Source of the DNA: Eledone cirrhosa
Lineage: Eukaryota
DNA length: 64,000 nucleotides
Assembly: GCA_964016885.1 (NCBI GenBank)
Contig: OZ024755.1
Location: forward strand, 43,586,001 to 43,650,000
Direction of reading: 5' to 3'
The notes under the pieces were generated by a model. That model did no database searches. It had not been told where the DNA came from and saw only the letters and a program-made list of their open reading frames with translations. This document shows positions 12,215 through 26,289 of the stretch, piece by piece. Numbering within the stretch: position 1 is the stretch's first letter; each line of letters opens with the position of its first letter. The position numbers were made by a program, and so were the translations under genes.

Positions 12215-13694
12215 CTAGCAGAGGTACCCGGCGTTGCTCAGGTATTAAATAGCAGTTGTGTATACCATTTATGTCAATACTTCAGTGCTGCTTCGAAAAG
12301 TATACTTTTACAAAATCATCGGCTATTTCCAAAAGGGGGTTCCTGCCCCCCCCCAGGAGTCTCCTACTCAATATGTGCCAATTCTGAGAGTTCACATTCA
12401 TCTGTAGGACAAATGTAGCCCATGTGTCAAGTTGTGTGAAAATCGGTTGCGAACTCCAGAAGTTATGATGTTTTGTTGCATTGCCCTGCAGTGCTTCAGT
12501 CGACTCCAAGGAAGTGGTTAAAGGGGTTATCTGTCGCGGGGCTCTATAATCAATATCTGGAAAAATGACAGTGCCCATGACCATCTGGAGTACATAAGTA
12601 ATCTATGTCTTAAGTTTGGTGAAATTACTGTAGAAATGCATAAGGTTTATACATACGCGTGTGCGTTCGTGTGTTTGTGCGTCGGGGAGGGGGGTATGTA
12701 TTTGGGTGTGCGTATGTGTGTGGGTGTGTATGCATTTGTGTGTGCGTATGTATGTGTATGTCCGTCGGGGCATACGTATGTACTGGCCTAAATCTTCACT
12801 ATTTACTTTTACTATTTTAATAACCTCTGTCATTTTCGTTTTCAATTTTATTTACATCATTCTTAAATTTCGGAGCTGCAAATCATTATGTTATTTTAAA
12901 TAGAACATTAGTCTAATGACTCCATTTATACAATAAACTTGGTCTTGTCTTTGCATGAAATTGTTCTTCACGCTCCACATAACGACGTATTATCCTCGCT
13001 TTTTTTTCCGTTCATTGCCAGGGAACATCTTCATGAACCAAAATATTGTCTTCCTGTTTTCGTTCTGTTGCAACGTTTCTCGAAATATTTACTTCTGCGT
13101 TCACAGATTACTCTCAGTTCAATTTGAATGGGAAATTCCTGTTGCATCGATTTTCTCCGTAACCATGGAAGCTTGTAGTAGCCAAAAGTTTATTAACAGC
13201 GAAATAACGTTGTCTTTGATATGTTATTTTAAATAAGACAATGAATCGAAAAATACTACTTACTGTTAGTGGTGGCTAACATGTATTAGAAATAAAATGA
13301 AAATGATATCTGAAAAAACGTACTTGAGAACATGACTCCCTTCTTCGCATTTTAAGGGTTTTATATCTTTTGATGGAAAACAGTGACCGTTTTCGAATTG
13401 GCATTTCGTAAAATGGTACTGTATGTTAACAGCCAAAGAAAGCTGCGAAAGAACGCAGCGAAATAAATTGATGAGTTAGTATTAGAACAGGGGGAAATAA
13501 CTCACCGAACGCGATAGTTTTGGGGCCCCAGGGACCACATTTTTCAAGTTAGAGATTTGAAACCTCATCTATTTGCTTCCTTGGCACTTTTTAAATAGGT
13601 GTGTAAATTTCCATGTCCGTCCGACCACGTCTACTACTATTTAACCGTGCACATCTGAATTTCAACCACCGCCCATTTCACAAATATATATTAG

Positions 13695-13695
<1 letters not shown>
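12215..13695 (-). mobile_element. Second non-autonomous Helitron
   Basis: Minus strand 5' TCTAATATATA; 3' GAGCAACGCCGGGTACCTCTGCTAG (same subterminal motif as 10958-10985); A/T insertion site. Confidence 0.7.
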
Positions 13696-13762
<67 letters not shown>

Positions 13763-13763
13763 T

Positions 13764-13814
<51 letters not shown>

Positions 13815-13872
13815 ATGTATATATATATATATGTATATATATATATGTATATATATATATGTATATATATAT

Positions 13873-13986
13873 AGTAATAATAATAAAATTGAAGACTAAA
13901 ATCCAAAGAGGGCTCGATAAGGAAAATATATATCAAATATATAAGAACCGTAGAGCAAATATTTATTAAATCTGTTATTTTAATAA

Positions 13987-13989
<3 letters not shown>
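13873..13989 (-). mobile_element. Short copy of the putative PLE pLTR-derived family, in (TA)n
   Basis: Near-identical to 33651-33748 plus a short inverted piece (AATCTGTTATTTTAATAAAT); TA runs on both sides. Confidence 0.7.
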
Positions 13990-14053
<64 letters not shown>

Positions 14054-14092
14054 AGCAAATAATAAACGTAAACATGTAAGTATGTTTTTGAA

Positions 14093-14181
14093 ATTAGAAA
14101 TTAGAAATTATAAGCTTTCACCGTATTTTAGACTAAAGAAATTTAATAGTCTAAAATACGGTGAAAGCTTATAATTTCTAA

Positions 14182-14189
<8 letters not shown>
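14093..14189. repeat. Perfect palindrome (43-bp arms, 11-nt loop) next to (TA)n
   Basis: 14093-14135 is the reverse complement of 14147-14189. Confidence 0.9.
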
Positions 14190-14246
<57 letters not shown>

Positions 14247-14247
14247 T

Positions 14248-15108
14248 ATAAAATATTAAACAAATAATGAATAAACAATTCCTTATATTAAACAAAAAAA
14301 GTTCATTATTTAACGATCGTTTCTAGGATATATATGTGTTAGAATTGGCATGCATATTCAACAGATCTATGTACAAAATTATACAAAATTATACAAACTA
14401 TCAAGATTAAATATACATACCAACACATATATACGCCGTCTTCAGAAATAATGAAGTATATTTATTGATAATAACAACAATTCAAAAATTCAGGTCCGTT
14501 TGGGAACAAAATTGACCAATGAAAACACAAAGGGTTAAATGCAGTTCGGTGTGTGTATATACATGTAAAACCCTTACACATATTTTACAAAAATGTATGT
14601 ATAATTTGTATACGCATACTAAAAGGATGGATGCAAATACAAAATTTCAAGGTTAATGTCTCTGTAAGTTTATAATGTACAGATAAGATGCGTATTGACA
14701 CACAAATATGAAATTAAGTATATAAATATATTTTTTCATACTCACACATATCCGTACAATCACACATACACGCGCGTATATGCATAAATATACACATAAC
14801 CACGAACATACAAACACACACACACCCCCACTCACATTTATATATGTGGATATAAAATCATAAGCACATGGATATTAATTCACTCACATAAACACTGGCA
14901 CACACATTTTTAGATCAAGATACAGAAATTAGGTGGGAGGGGGGGGGGAGAGGTCAGTATTCAACGGTCTGAGCAGACTGCCTAATATAGATGTATCTAT
15001 AAACTAAGAAAATAAAAAATAAAAAATAAATAATAAATAAACATTAAAGAGGAAAGAATAGAAAGAAAAAATAAAAAAGAAAAGAGAAAAAAGAAATATA
15101 TCAAGAAA

Positions 15109-15141
<33 letters not shown>

Positions 15142-15349
15142 CATATATATATATATATATACACACACATATATATATAATATACATATATATACACATA
15201 GACACACACACACACATACATATATATACACACATATACAAACACATATATACATATACACACATCCACATTAAGAACATACATACACACACATATATAA
15301 ACATATACATATACACACATACATACATATACACATATACATACAAATA

Positions 15350-15383
<34 letters not shown>

Positions 15384-15751
15384 TATACATATATATGTAT
15401 ATACACGTACATATACACACACATATACATATAATCACACATACTATATAGACACACATATATATAACCACACACATACATGCACATATACAACACTTAC
15501 ATACTAATATACATACAGATATACACATACATAGCTATATATACACACAAATATATACAGACTTACATATATACATACAGACAAATACTTACGCATCTAT
15601 ATATCGGTATATACATACAAACACCACTACACTATCACACAACTTAGACATACAAAGAGAAAGGTATATACCTATACACACATACATATACAAATAGAAA
15701 AACATATAGATATATATATATATATATATACACACACATATATATATATAC

Positions 15752-15786
<35 letters not shown>

Positions 15787-16018
15787 CACATACATATACA
15801 CATACACACACATACACATACACACACATACATGTACACACACATAGAAATATATACGCATACACACATACACACATACATATAAAGTCATACACACACA
15901 TACACCTACACGAACATACACATACACATATATAAAGATATATATACACACACACACACACACAACACATACACACACACACATATATATAAAAAAAATA
16001 AATAATAAAGATATATAC

Positions 16019-16073
<55 letters not shown>

Positions 16074-16420
16074 CATATATATATACACACACATACATAC
16101 ACACATACATAGACATACATGTACATACATACACGTACATCGATATACATACATATATATATACACACATAGACATATACATACATACATACACAACTTA
16201 CATACACACATATATATACATGTATATTCATACATAGAATTAGATATATAATCATACATACATATGCACTTACTTATACTCATATATACAAATACATACG
16301 CATCCATATATGCGTATATACATAAAAACACCACTACAACCTCACCTAACTCAGACATACAAATAAAAATAAAAAGGCATATGTATATACATATATACAC
16401 GCATTAATAGAGATATATAT

Positions 16421-16477
<57 letters not shown>

Positions 16478-16711
16478 TACATTCATATATATATATATAG
16501 ATACCCACACACGCATACCACCATAAATACACATACAAACACCCACATATACATATATATACACACGTATATATATATATATATATACACACACATAAAA
16601 AACAGACATGCACATATATATATATTTTTTTACACTTATATATACACATATTATATACACATACACAACCTCACATATACACACATACACATAAGTTATA
16701 TTATAATAATA

Positions 16712-16750
<39 letters not shown>

Positions 16751-16835
16751 CATATATATATATATATATACACATAAACATATACATACATATATACACA
16801 CATACGAATATAGACATATATTCACACATAGACAC

Positions 16836-16872
<37 letters not shown>

Positions 16873-17088
16873 TACATATACACAGACACATATACACACT
16901 CACATATATATGTGTGTGCACACACACATATATACACACATACACACATATACACATAAACACATATATGTGCATACATGCACACACACACACATATATC
17001 CACATAGATACGAAGATAGACATATAAATAGAGAGACATACATATATATACAACACACATACACACACATACATACACACACATATAC

Positions 17089-17122
<34 letters not shown>

Positions 17123-18739
17123 TTCTATATATACATATATACATACATATATATATATACATATATATATATACATACACATACACATACACACATTCAC
17201 ATACACATACATATATACATGCATATATACACATATATACATACATACACACACTCATATATACACACACGATCTTACATTCATATTTGCATGCGCATAT
17301 ATGTATTTTTATATTCAGATATAAATACCCAAACCTATATAGACACCTACCTACATATATATTCATACATACACGCTTACAAATACAGATGATAATAGTA
17401 TGGGGGAAAGGGGGGGTTTGGAGAAGGGGATCATAGTAAATATATGTTTCAAGAAACATAGAATATTTTCCGTATCTTGATCCAATGTATGTTTTTACAT
17501 AGTTTCAGTGTTAGGAAATACAATAAACAAGAACTAAGGCAAAATCTATGCATCTCAAAATAAACAAGTATACCATTAATTATATGTTAACTAAACCAAA
17601 GATAGTTAACATATTGATTTCTAAGGTGTAAATTAGTTAGGTTTATAATATTTGAAGCAGAATTTTGAAGTTAAATAGTAGTAGAGTATTAATTATAGTA
17701 TAACTAAATTAAAGTTAATAACGTTATGGTATCAATATTAGGAAATGAATTTAGTAATAGGGAAAAAACAAATAAAATAAAGTATTACATCGGTAGTAGA
17801 ATATAAATTATAGGTTAACTAAATTAAAAATTATATATTTATTTCTATAGTATATGTTAATTAGGTATATAATACATAAAACAGATATTGTATTTTATCA
17901 ATAGCATAATATAATTATATGCAAATAGAAATCAAAACTAATACATATACATATACATATACATACACATACATATATACATATATATACACATATATAT
18001 ATATATACATATATACACATATACATACACACACACATACACATACAGATATACATATACATATTATTTTCAAAAAATTGCATAGAATATATTAACTAGG
18101 TATATATCCAAAACACATCCCATTCTATGATTACATGACATTCTGCAATTCGTCTGTATAAGGATACTAATTTTAAGCAAATTAAAATTAAATTTTTAGG
18201 TTGATTAAAATTAAAACCAAATTATAAATATATTTCTAAAATGTATATTAATTAGGTCTATAATACTAAAAATTATTTCTCTGTCATTGGATACACGATA
18301 TTATTTTGTTATATTTTATCTGTAAAAGAATTATAATAAAAGGTTTAAATAAATTAAAATTAATCTATAAATTAAATTACTAAGTATATATTAGTAATAT
18401 TTAAAGGTTTTTCACAATTTATGATTACATAATATTTTATATTCTCATCTGTAATAAAATTTTAATTAAATTAAATTTATAGGTTAACTAACATTTAAAT
18501 TAAATTAATTTCTAAAATAATGTTATTAATTAGGTTTATAATATTTAAATGTTTTTTTTTAGTTTATGATTACACGATATAATTAATTCCTGTCGTTTAT
18601 TTAATAAGATATCCTTAGACTTCATTATTTCAAATAGTTCTTGGGAACATAATCTACATTCATTTCTATTATTTTGATAAGGGGTGGCTCTTTTGAGCAC
18701 ACTCCAGGTCAAATCATATTCTATATTCTTATTTTTATA
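14248..18739 (-). repeat. ~4.5-kb inverted copy of the PLE 3' end (21315-25822)
   Basis: Reverse complement throughout, including the last ~210 nt of the ORF (18530-18739). Only a few substitutions and microsatellite-length differences seen; mirrored ORFs in the track, e.g. 14653-14835(-) and 25235-25417(+). Confidence 0.95.
14302..14455 (-). ncRNA. Hammerhead ribozyme-like fold (copy in the inverted arm)
   Basis: Reverse complement of 25615-25768. Confidence 0.6.
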
Positions 18740-18933
18740 TATACGCCGTCTTCAGAAATAATGAAGTATATTTATTGATAATAACAACAATTCAAAAATT
18801 CAGGTCCGTTTGGGAACAAAATTGACCAAAGTGATTTTTCATTACATCTCTTCTTTCCATGATATCCGGAATACATTGAGTTCTTCATACGGATTGGACA
18901 CTACCGTAAACTCTTGGTAGATTTATCTACATA
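18736..18933. repeat. Composite upstream pLTR: inverted piece (18736-18829 = rc of 25551-25644) joined to a direct piece (18828-18933 = 25854-25959)
   Basis: Direct sequence comparison; junctions have TATA and AA microhomology. Confidence 0.85.
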
Positions 18934-19085
18934 ATTTTGCTCCTATTTTCACGGAAATATTCGTATTTTTGTACTGTATGTGTGTATTAATTTTATATTT
19001 ATGTATATACATATATATATGTATGATTTTGTAAACCCATATACATTTAGTTGAGCTCTTTCAATTGTCCATCATCCATATCACA

Positions 19086-21527
19086 ATGGAAAAACAATAT
19101 TTAGGAACCTCCTTAAAAAACATACCAATACCTTCTAAGGATGACTTCTTACTCCTTATGATTCAGAAAACTAATAATTTTATCAGAAGGGTTAGATGGA
19201 GAGCCTACCACTTCGATAGAAAATCTAAACAAGCAGATCGGAAATATATGTATGATTTCAATACTTACAAGAATCCACCACACAACTTTTTACTTGAAGA
19301 CTTCGAGAAAGACCTTTTTAATTTAATTAAACACCTCAAATTTAAAAAGTATAAATCCGTCTTTCAAAAGGACCTTGATTCTACCCTATTGGACCTAAAA
19401 AAGTCTAAAAAAATCCATGTCCACTCGGACAAAACTGGTAACTTGTATCATATGGATATTGAACATTATAACGAGTTCATATATAAAGAACTCAGAAAAA
19501 ATTATAAAAAATCTAATAATGCGTCACTCACCAACATCAACAACAAAACACACAACATAGTAAAAAAACTAAACATTGAAGATAGAACTGAACCTTTGGC
19601 ATTGAAAAGACCACACTTCAACCTGAAGGATCACAAATCTAACTTTAACTCAAATCCTTCTATTAGACTTATATGTCCCTCCAAATCAGATATTGGAATA
19701 ATTAGCAAAAAAATTTTAGATAGAGTCATCCCACAAATAAGAAAACACGTTATTTTACCACTCTGGGAAAACACCTCCCAGGTAATTAACTGGTTTAAAA
19801 ATATTAGGTGTAAATCTTCTGCTTCATTCCTACAATTTGATATAGATAATTACTATTCTTCTATATCACCTATACTCCTGAACAAAGCATTGATATTTGC
19901 TAAAAATAGATCTAACTTAACTTTGGATGACATTAATATTATTACACATGCTAGACTAACACTTATTGAATTTCAGAATGAATACTGGACCAGAAACACA
20001 TATAGTAATCTTTTTGATATTACTATGGGTTCAAGCGATTCCGCCCAAATTACTGATCTTGTGGGCCTCTTTCTCCTTTTCAACATAAATGCCTCTTTTC
20101 CCCACCTCAAAGGTGGTTTATATCGTGATGACTGTCTTCTTCTTTCTAACAACCTTAGCCTTTCAGAAATTGAAAAAAACAAAAAACATATTAGAACTTT
20201 CCTTAAAGACTATTATAATCTTAATATTACTTTTGAAAAAACAAGTAAAGTAGTAAATTTCCTAGATATAACTTTAGATTTAGCTACGGGTATCTACCAA
20301 CCTTACCATAAACCTAACCAAAACTTACATTACATACACTCACAATCTAATCACCCTAAATCTATCCTTAAAAACCTTGCATATAATATATCACTTAGAA
20401 TTTCTAACCTTTCTTCTAACCAAGATGTATTTGATAAAAATGCGACCTTCTATAACGAAGCTCTAGATAGAAGTGGCCACAAAAATAGATTAGAGTATAT
20501 ACCTTCTACTAAAAATACTGAAAGCATACAACATAATATTACCAACAAACACCAAATGAAAAGTACACACCTAAATGCCACCCACACTATACCCCAAAAT
20601 ACCAAATCTTCTAATATAAAGTATAGTAACTCTCAAAAAACTACTCATCATACAACTCTAATAAATATTAATAATAAAACTCCTAATAAAAAGGATAAAA
20701 CACCTAAATCTACAAATATAACTAAAAATGGTTGTGGTGAGATCATTAACATTAATCCTCCTAGTAAAAATCACGATACAACCTATAAAAATAATAAAAA
20801 TAATAAAAAACATAGAAACCGTAATAGACGGGTTACTTGGTATAATGCTCCTTTTAATTTACAAGTTAAGGATAATATTGCTAAAAAATTTTTTTATATC
20901 CTTGAGAAAAACTTCCCGCCAAACCACAAATACCATCAAATCTTAAATAGGTCTACAGTTAAATTCTCATACTCTACAACAAATAACATAAAACAAAATA
21001 TAAGTGCCTATAATGCATATAAATGTAAGAAAACCATAAGTATACCACCAGTACATCAAATTAACCATAATATCTCCTCAAATACAGAATTAACGAAAGG
21101 ATGTAACTGTAGAAACAAAGCAAACTGCCCATTAAAAGGGAATTGTCTTGTTAACAACATAGTCTATAAATGTAATGTTAAAACTAAAGATTCTATTTGC
21201 TCATATATAGGAGCTACCTCTAACAATTTTAAGACAAGGTTTAATACCCACAAGCATAGTTTTAAAAATGCCGCACTGGCTAATACAACATCTCTAGCAG
21301 AAAAAATCAATAGTTATAAAAATAAGAATATAGAATATGATTTGACCTGGAGTGTGCTCAAAAGAGCCACCCCTTATCAAAATAATAGAAATGAATGTAG
21401 ATTATGTTCCCAAGAACTATTTGAAATAATGAAGTCTAAGGATATCTTATTAAATAAACGACAGGAATTAATTATATCGTGTAATCATAAACTAAAAAAA
21501 ACATTTAAATATTATAAACCTAATTAA
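19086..21527 (+). CDS. Penelope-like element protein: reverse transcriptase + C-terminal GIY-YIG endonuclease (813 aa from ATG)
   Basis: N-terminal SLKNIPIPS..FIRRVRWRA; DKTGN; RLICP; LQFDIDNYYSSI; ITMGSSD; GLYRDD; NFLDITL; YIHSQSNHP; CNCRNKANCPLKGNC; NIVYKC..YIGATSNNFKTRFNTH; CRLC..E..LNKRQE..CNH. No internal stops. Confidence 0.93.
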   Translation: MEKQYLGTSLKNIPIPSKDDFLLLMIQKTNNFIRRVRWRAYHFDRKSKQADRKYMYDFNTYKNPPHNFLLEDFEKDLFNLIKHLKFKKYKSVFQKDLDSTLLDLKKSKKIHVHSDKTGNLYHMDIEHYNEFIYKELRKNYKKSNNASLTNINNKTHNIVKKLNIEDRTEPLALKRPHFNLKDHKSNFNSNPSIRLICPSKSDIGIISKKILDRVIPQIRKHVILPLWENTSQVINWFKNIRCKSSASFLQFDIDNYYSSISPILLNKALIFAKNRSNLTLDDINIITHARLTLIEFQNEYWTRNTYSNLFDITMGSSDSAQITDLVGLFLLFNINASFPHLKGGLYRDDCLLLSNNLSLSEIEKNKKHIRTFLKDYYNLNITFEKTSKVVNFLDITLDLATGIYQPYHKPNQNLHYIHSQSNHPKSILKNLAYNISLRISNLSSNQDVFDKNATFYNEALDRSGHKNRLEYIPSTKNTESIQHNITNKHQMKSTHLNATHTIPQNTKSSNIKYSNSQKTTHHTTLININNKTPNKKDKTPKSTNITKNGCGEIININPPSKNHDTTYKNNKNNKKHRNRNRRVTWYNAPFNLQVKDNIAKKFFYILEKNFPPNHKYHQILNRSTVKFSYSTTNNIKQNISAYNAYKCKKTISIPPVHQINHNISSNTELTKGCNCRNKANCPLKGNCLVNNIVYKCNVKTKDSICSYIGATSNNFKTRFNTHKHSFKNAALANTTSLAEKINSYKNKNIEYDLTWSVLKRATPYQNNRNECRLCSQELFEIMKSKDILLNKRQELIISCNHKLKKTFKYYKPN

Positions 21528-22926
21528 TAACATTATTTTAGAAATTAATTTAATTTAAATGTTAGTTAACCTATAAATTTAATTTAATTAAAATTTTATT
21601 ACAGATGAGAATATAAAATATTATGTAATCATAAATTGTGAAAAACCTTTAAATATTACTAATATATACTTAGTAATTTAATTTATAAATTAATTTTAAT
21701 TTATTTAAACCTTTTATTATAATTCTTTTACAGATAAAATATAACAAAATAATATCGTGTATCCAATGACAGAGAAATAATTTTTAGTATTATAGACCTA
21801 ATTAATATACATTTTAGAAATATATTTATAATTTGGTTTTAATTTTAATCAACCTAAAAATTTAATTTTAATTTGCTTAAAATTAGTATCCTTATACAGA
21901 CAAATTGCAGAATGTCATGTAATCATAGAATGGGATGTGTTTTGGATATATACCTAGTTAATATATTCTATGCAATTTTTTGAAAATAATATGTATATGT
22001 ATATGTGTATGTGTATGTGTGTGTGTATGTATATGTGTATATATGTATATATATATATATGTGTATATATATGTATATATGTATGTGTATGTATATGTAT
22101 ATGTATATGTATTAGTTTTGATTTCTATTTGCATATAATTATATTATGCTATTGATAAAATACAATATCTGTTTTATGTATTATATACCTAATTAACATA
22201 TACTATAGAAATAAATATATAATTTTTAATTTAGTTAACCTATAATTTATATTCTACTACCGATGTAATACTTTATTTTATTTGTTTTTTCCCTATTACT
22301 AAATTCATTTCCTAATATTGATACCATAACGTTATTAACTTTAATTTAGTTATACTATAATTAATACTCTACTACTATTTAACTTCAAAATTCTGCTTCA
22401 AATATTATAAACCTAACTAATTTACACCTTAGAAATCAATATGTTAACTATCTTTGGTTTAGTTAACATATAATTAATGGTATACTTGTTTATTTTGAGA
22501 TGCATAGATTTTGCCTTAGTTCTTGTTTATTGTATTTCCTAACACTGAAACTATGTAAAAACATACATTGGATCAAGATACGGAAAATATTCTATGTTTC
22601 TTGAAACATATATTTACTATGATCCCCTTCTCCAAACCCCCCCCCTTTCCCCCATACTATTATCATCTGTATTTGTAAGCGTGTATGTATGAATATATAT
22701 GTAGGTAGGTGTCTATATAGGTTTGGGTATTTATATCTGAATATAAAAATACATATATGCGCATGCAAATATGAATGTAAGATTGTGTGTGTATATATGA
22801 GTGTGTGTATGTATGTATATATGTGTATATATGCATGTATATATGTATGTGTATGTGAATGTGTGTATGTGTATGTATATATATATATGTATATATATAT
22901 ATGTATGTATATATGTATATATAGAA

Positions 22927-22960
<34 letters not shown>

Positions 22961-23176
22961 GTATATGTGTGTGTATGTATGTGTGTGTATGTGTGTTGTA
23001 TATATATGTATGTCTCTCTATTTATATGTCTATCTTCGTATCTATGTGGATATATGTGTGTGTGTGTGCATGTATGCACATATATGTGTTTATGTGTATA
23101 TGTGTGTATGTGTGTATATATGTGTGTGTGCACACACATATATATGTGAGTGTGTATATGTGTCTGTGTATATGTA

Positions 23177-23213
<37 letters not shown>

Positions 23214-23296
23214 GTGTCTATGTGTGAATATATGTCTATATTCGTATGTGTGTATATATGTATGTATATGTTTATGTGTATATATATATATATATG

Positions 23297-23335
<39 letters not shown>

Positions 23336-23566
23336 TATTATTATAATATAACTTATGTGTATGTGTGTATATGTGAGGTTGTGTATGTGTATATAATATG
23401 TGTATATATAAGTGTAAAAAAATATATATATATGTGCATGTCTGTTTTTTATGTGTGTGTATATATATATATATATATACGTGTGTATATATATGTATAT
23501 GTGGGTGTTTGTATGTGTATTTATGGTGGTATGCGTGTGTGGGTATCTATATATATATATATGAAT

Positions 23567-23628
<62 letters not shown>

Positions 23629-23975
23629 ATATATATCTCTATTAATGCGTGTATATATGTATATACATATGCCTTTTTATTTTTATTTGTATGTCTGAGT
23701 TAGGTGAGGTTGTAGTGGTGTTTTTATGTATATACGCATATATGGATGCGTATGTATTTGTATATATGAGTATAAGTAAGTGCATATGTATGTATGATTA
23801 TATATCTAATTCTATGTATGAATATACATGTATATATATGTGTGTATGTAAGTTGTGTATGTATGTATGTATATGTCTATGTGTGTATATATATATGTAT
23901 GTATATCGATGTACGTGTATGTATGTACATGTATGTCTATGTATGTGTGTATGTATGTGTGTGTATATATATATG

Positions 23976-24034
<59 letters not shown>

Positions 24035-24264
24035 GTATATATCTTTATTATTTATTTTTTTTATATATATGTGTGTGTGTGTATGTGTTGTGTGTGTGTG
24101 TGTGTGTATATATATCTTTATATATGTGTATGTGTATGTTCGTGTAGGTGTATGTGTGTGTATGACTTTATATGTATGTGTGTATGTGTGTATGCGTATA
24201 TATTTCTATGTGTGTGTACATGTATGTATGTGTGTGTATGTGTATGTGTGTGTATGTGTATATG

Positions 24265-24307
<43 letters not shown>

Positions 24308-24675
24308 GTATATATATATATGTGTGTGTATATATATATATATATATATCTATATGTTTTTCTATTTGTATATGTATGTGTGTATAGGTATATACCTTTC
24401 TCTTTGTATGTCTAAGTTGTGTGATAGTGTAGTGGTGTTTGTATGTATATACCGATATATAGATGCGTAAGTATTTGTCTGTATGTATATATGTAAGTCT
24501 GTATATATTTGTGTGTATATATAGCTATGTATGTGTATATCTGTATGTATATTAGTATGTAAGTGTTGTATATGTGCATGTATGTGTGTGGTTATATATA
24601 TGTGTGTCTATATAGTATGTGTGATTATATGTATATGTGTGTGTATATGTACGTGTATATACATATATATGTATA

Positions 24676-24709
<34 letters not shown>

Positions 24710-24917
24710 TATTTGTATGTATATGTGTATATGTATGTATGTGTGTATATGTATATGTTTATATATGTGTGTGTATGTATGTTCTTAATGTGGATGTGTG
24801 TATATGTATATATGTGTTTGTATATGTGTGTATATATATGTATGTGTGTGTGTGTGTCTATGTGTATATATATGTATATTATATATATATGTGTGTGTAT
24901 ATATATATATATATATG

Positions 24918-24957
<40 letters not shown>

Positions 24958-25614
24958 CTTGATATATTTCTTTTTTCTTTTTTCTTTTTTCTTTTTTCTT
25001 TTTTCTTTCTATTCTTTCCTCTTTAATGTTTATTTATTATTTATTTTTTATTTTTTATTTTCTTAGTTTATAGATACATCTATATTAGGCAGTCTGCTCA
25101 GACCGTTGAATACTGACCTCTCCCCCCCCCCTCCCACCTAATTTCTGTATCTTGATCTAAAAATGTGTGTGCCAGTGTTTATGTGAGTGAATTAATATCC
25201 ATGTGCTTATGATTTTATATCCACATATATAAATGTGAGTGGGGGTGTGTGTGTGTTTGTATGTTCGTGGTTATGTGTATATGTATGCATATACGCGCGT
25301 GTATGTGTGATTGTACGGATATGTGTGAGTATGAAAAAATATATTTATATACTTAATTTCATATTTGTGTGTCAATACGCATCTTATCTGTACATTATAA
25401 ACTTACAGAGACATTAACCTTGAAATTTTGTATTTGCATCCATCCTTTTAGTATGCGTATACAAATTATACATACATTTTTGTAAAATATGTGTAAGGGT
25501 TTTACATGTATATACACACACCGAACTGCATTTAACCCTTTGTGTTTTCATTGGTCAATTTTGTTCCCAAACGGACCTGAATTTTTGAATTGTTGTTATT
25601 ATCAATAAATATAC

Positions 25615-25768
25615 TTCATTATTTCTGAAGACGGCGTATATATGTGTTGGTATGTATATTTAATCTTGATAGTTTGTATAATTTTGTATAATTTTGTACA
25701 TAGATCTGTTGAATATGCATGCCAATTCTAACACATATATATCCTAGAAACGATCGTTAAATAATGAA
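25615..25768 (+). ncRNA. Type I hammerhead ribozyme-like fold in the PLE pLTR, with extended stem II
   Basis: Stem I TTCATTATTT(25615-24)/AAATAATGAA(25759-68); core CTGAAGA(25625-31) and GAAA(25747-50); palindromic stem III ACGATCGT; predicted cleavage after GTT (25758); C-A mismatch at the stem II base. Confidence 0.65.
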
Positions 25769-25953
25769 CTTTTTTTGTTTAATATAAGGAATTGTTTATT
25801 CATTATTTGTTTAATATTTTATCTTGACTCTGTATACCGTTTATCTTTCACCGAAAGTGATTTTTCATTACATCTCTTCTTTCCATGATATCCGGAATAC
25901 ATTGAGTTCTTCATACGGATTGGACACTACCGTAAACTCTTGGTAGATTTATC

Positions 25954-26280
<327 letters not shown>

Positions 26281-26289
26281 AAAACGTGA

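Noticed and set aside
19086-21527. Selenoprotein-type Naiad ORF
   Set aside because: No in-frame TGA; the ORF is open to a TAA stop.
14653-25417. Numerous Y/I/V/C/M-rich ORFs
   Set aside because: Translations of TA/TG microsatellite.
14248-25822. TIR DNA transposon or Polinton/linear-plasmid interpretation of the giant inverted repeat
   Set aside because: The only ORF is a PLE RT/GIY-YIG; the arm includes the ORF's own 3' end, and the right end extends asymmetrically into a direct-repeat pLTR.
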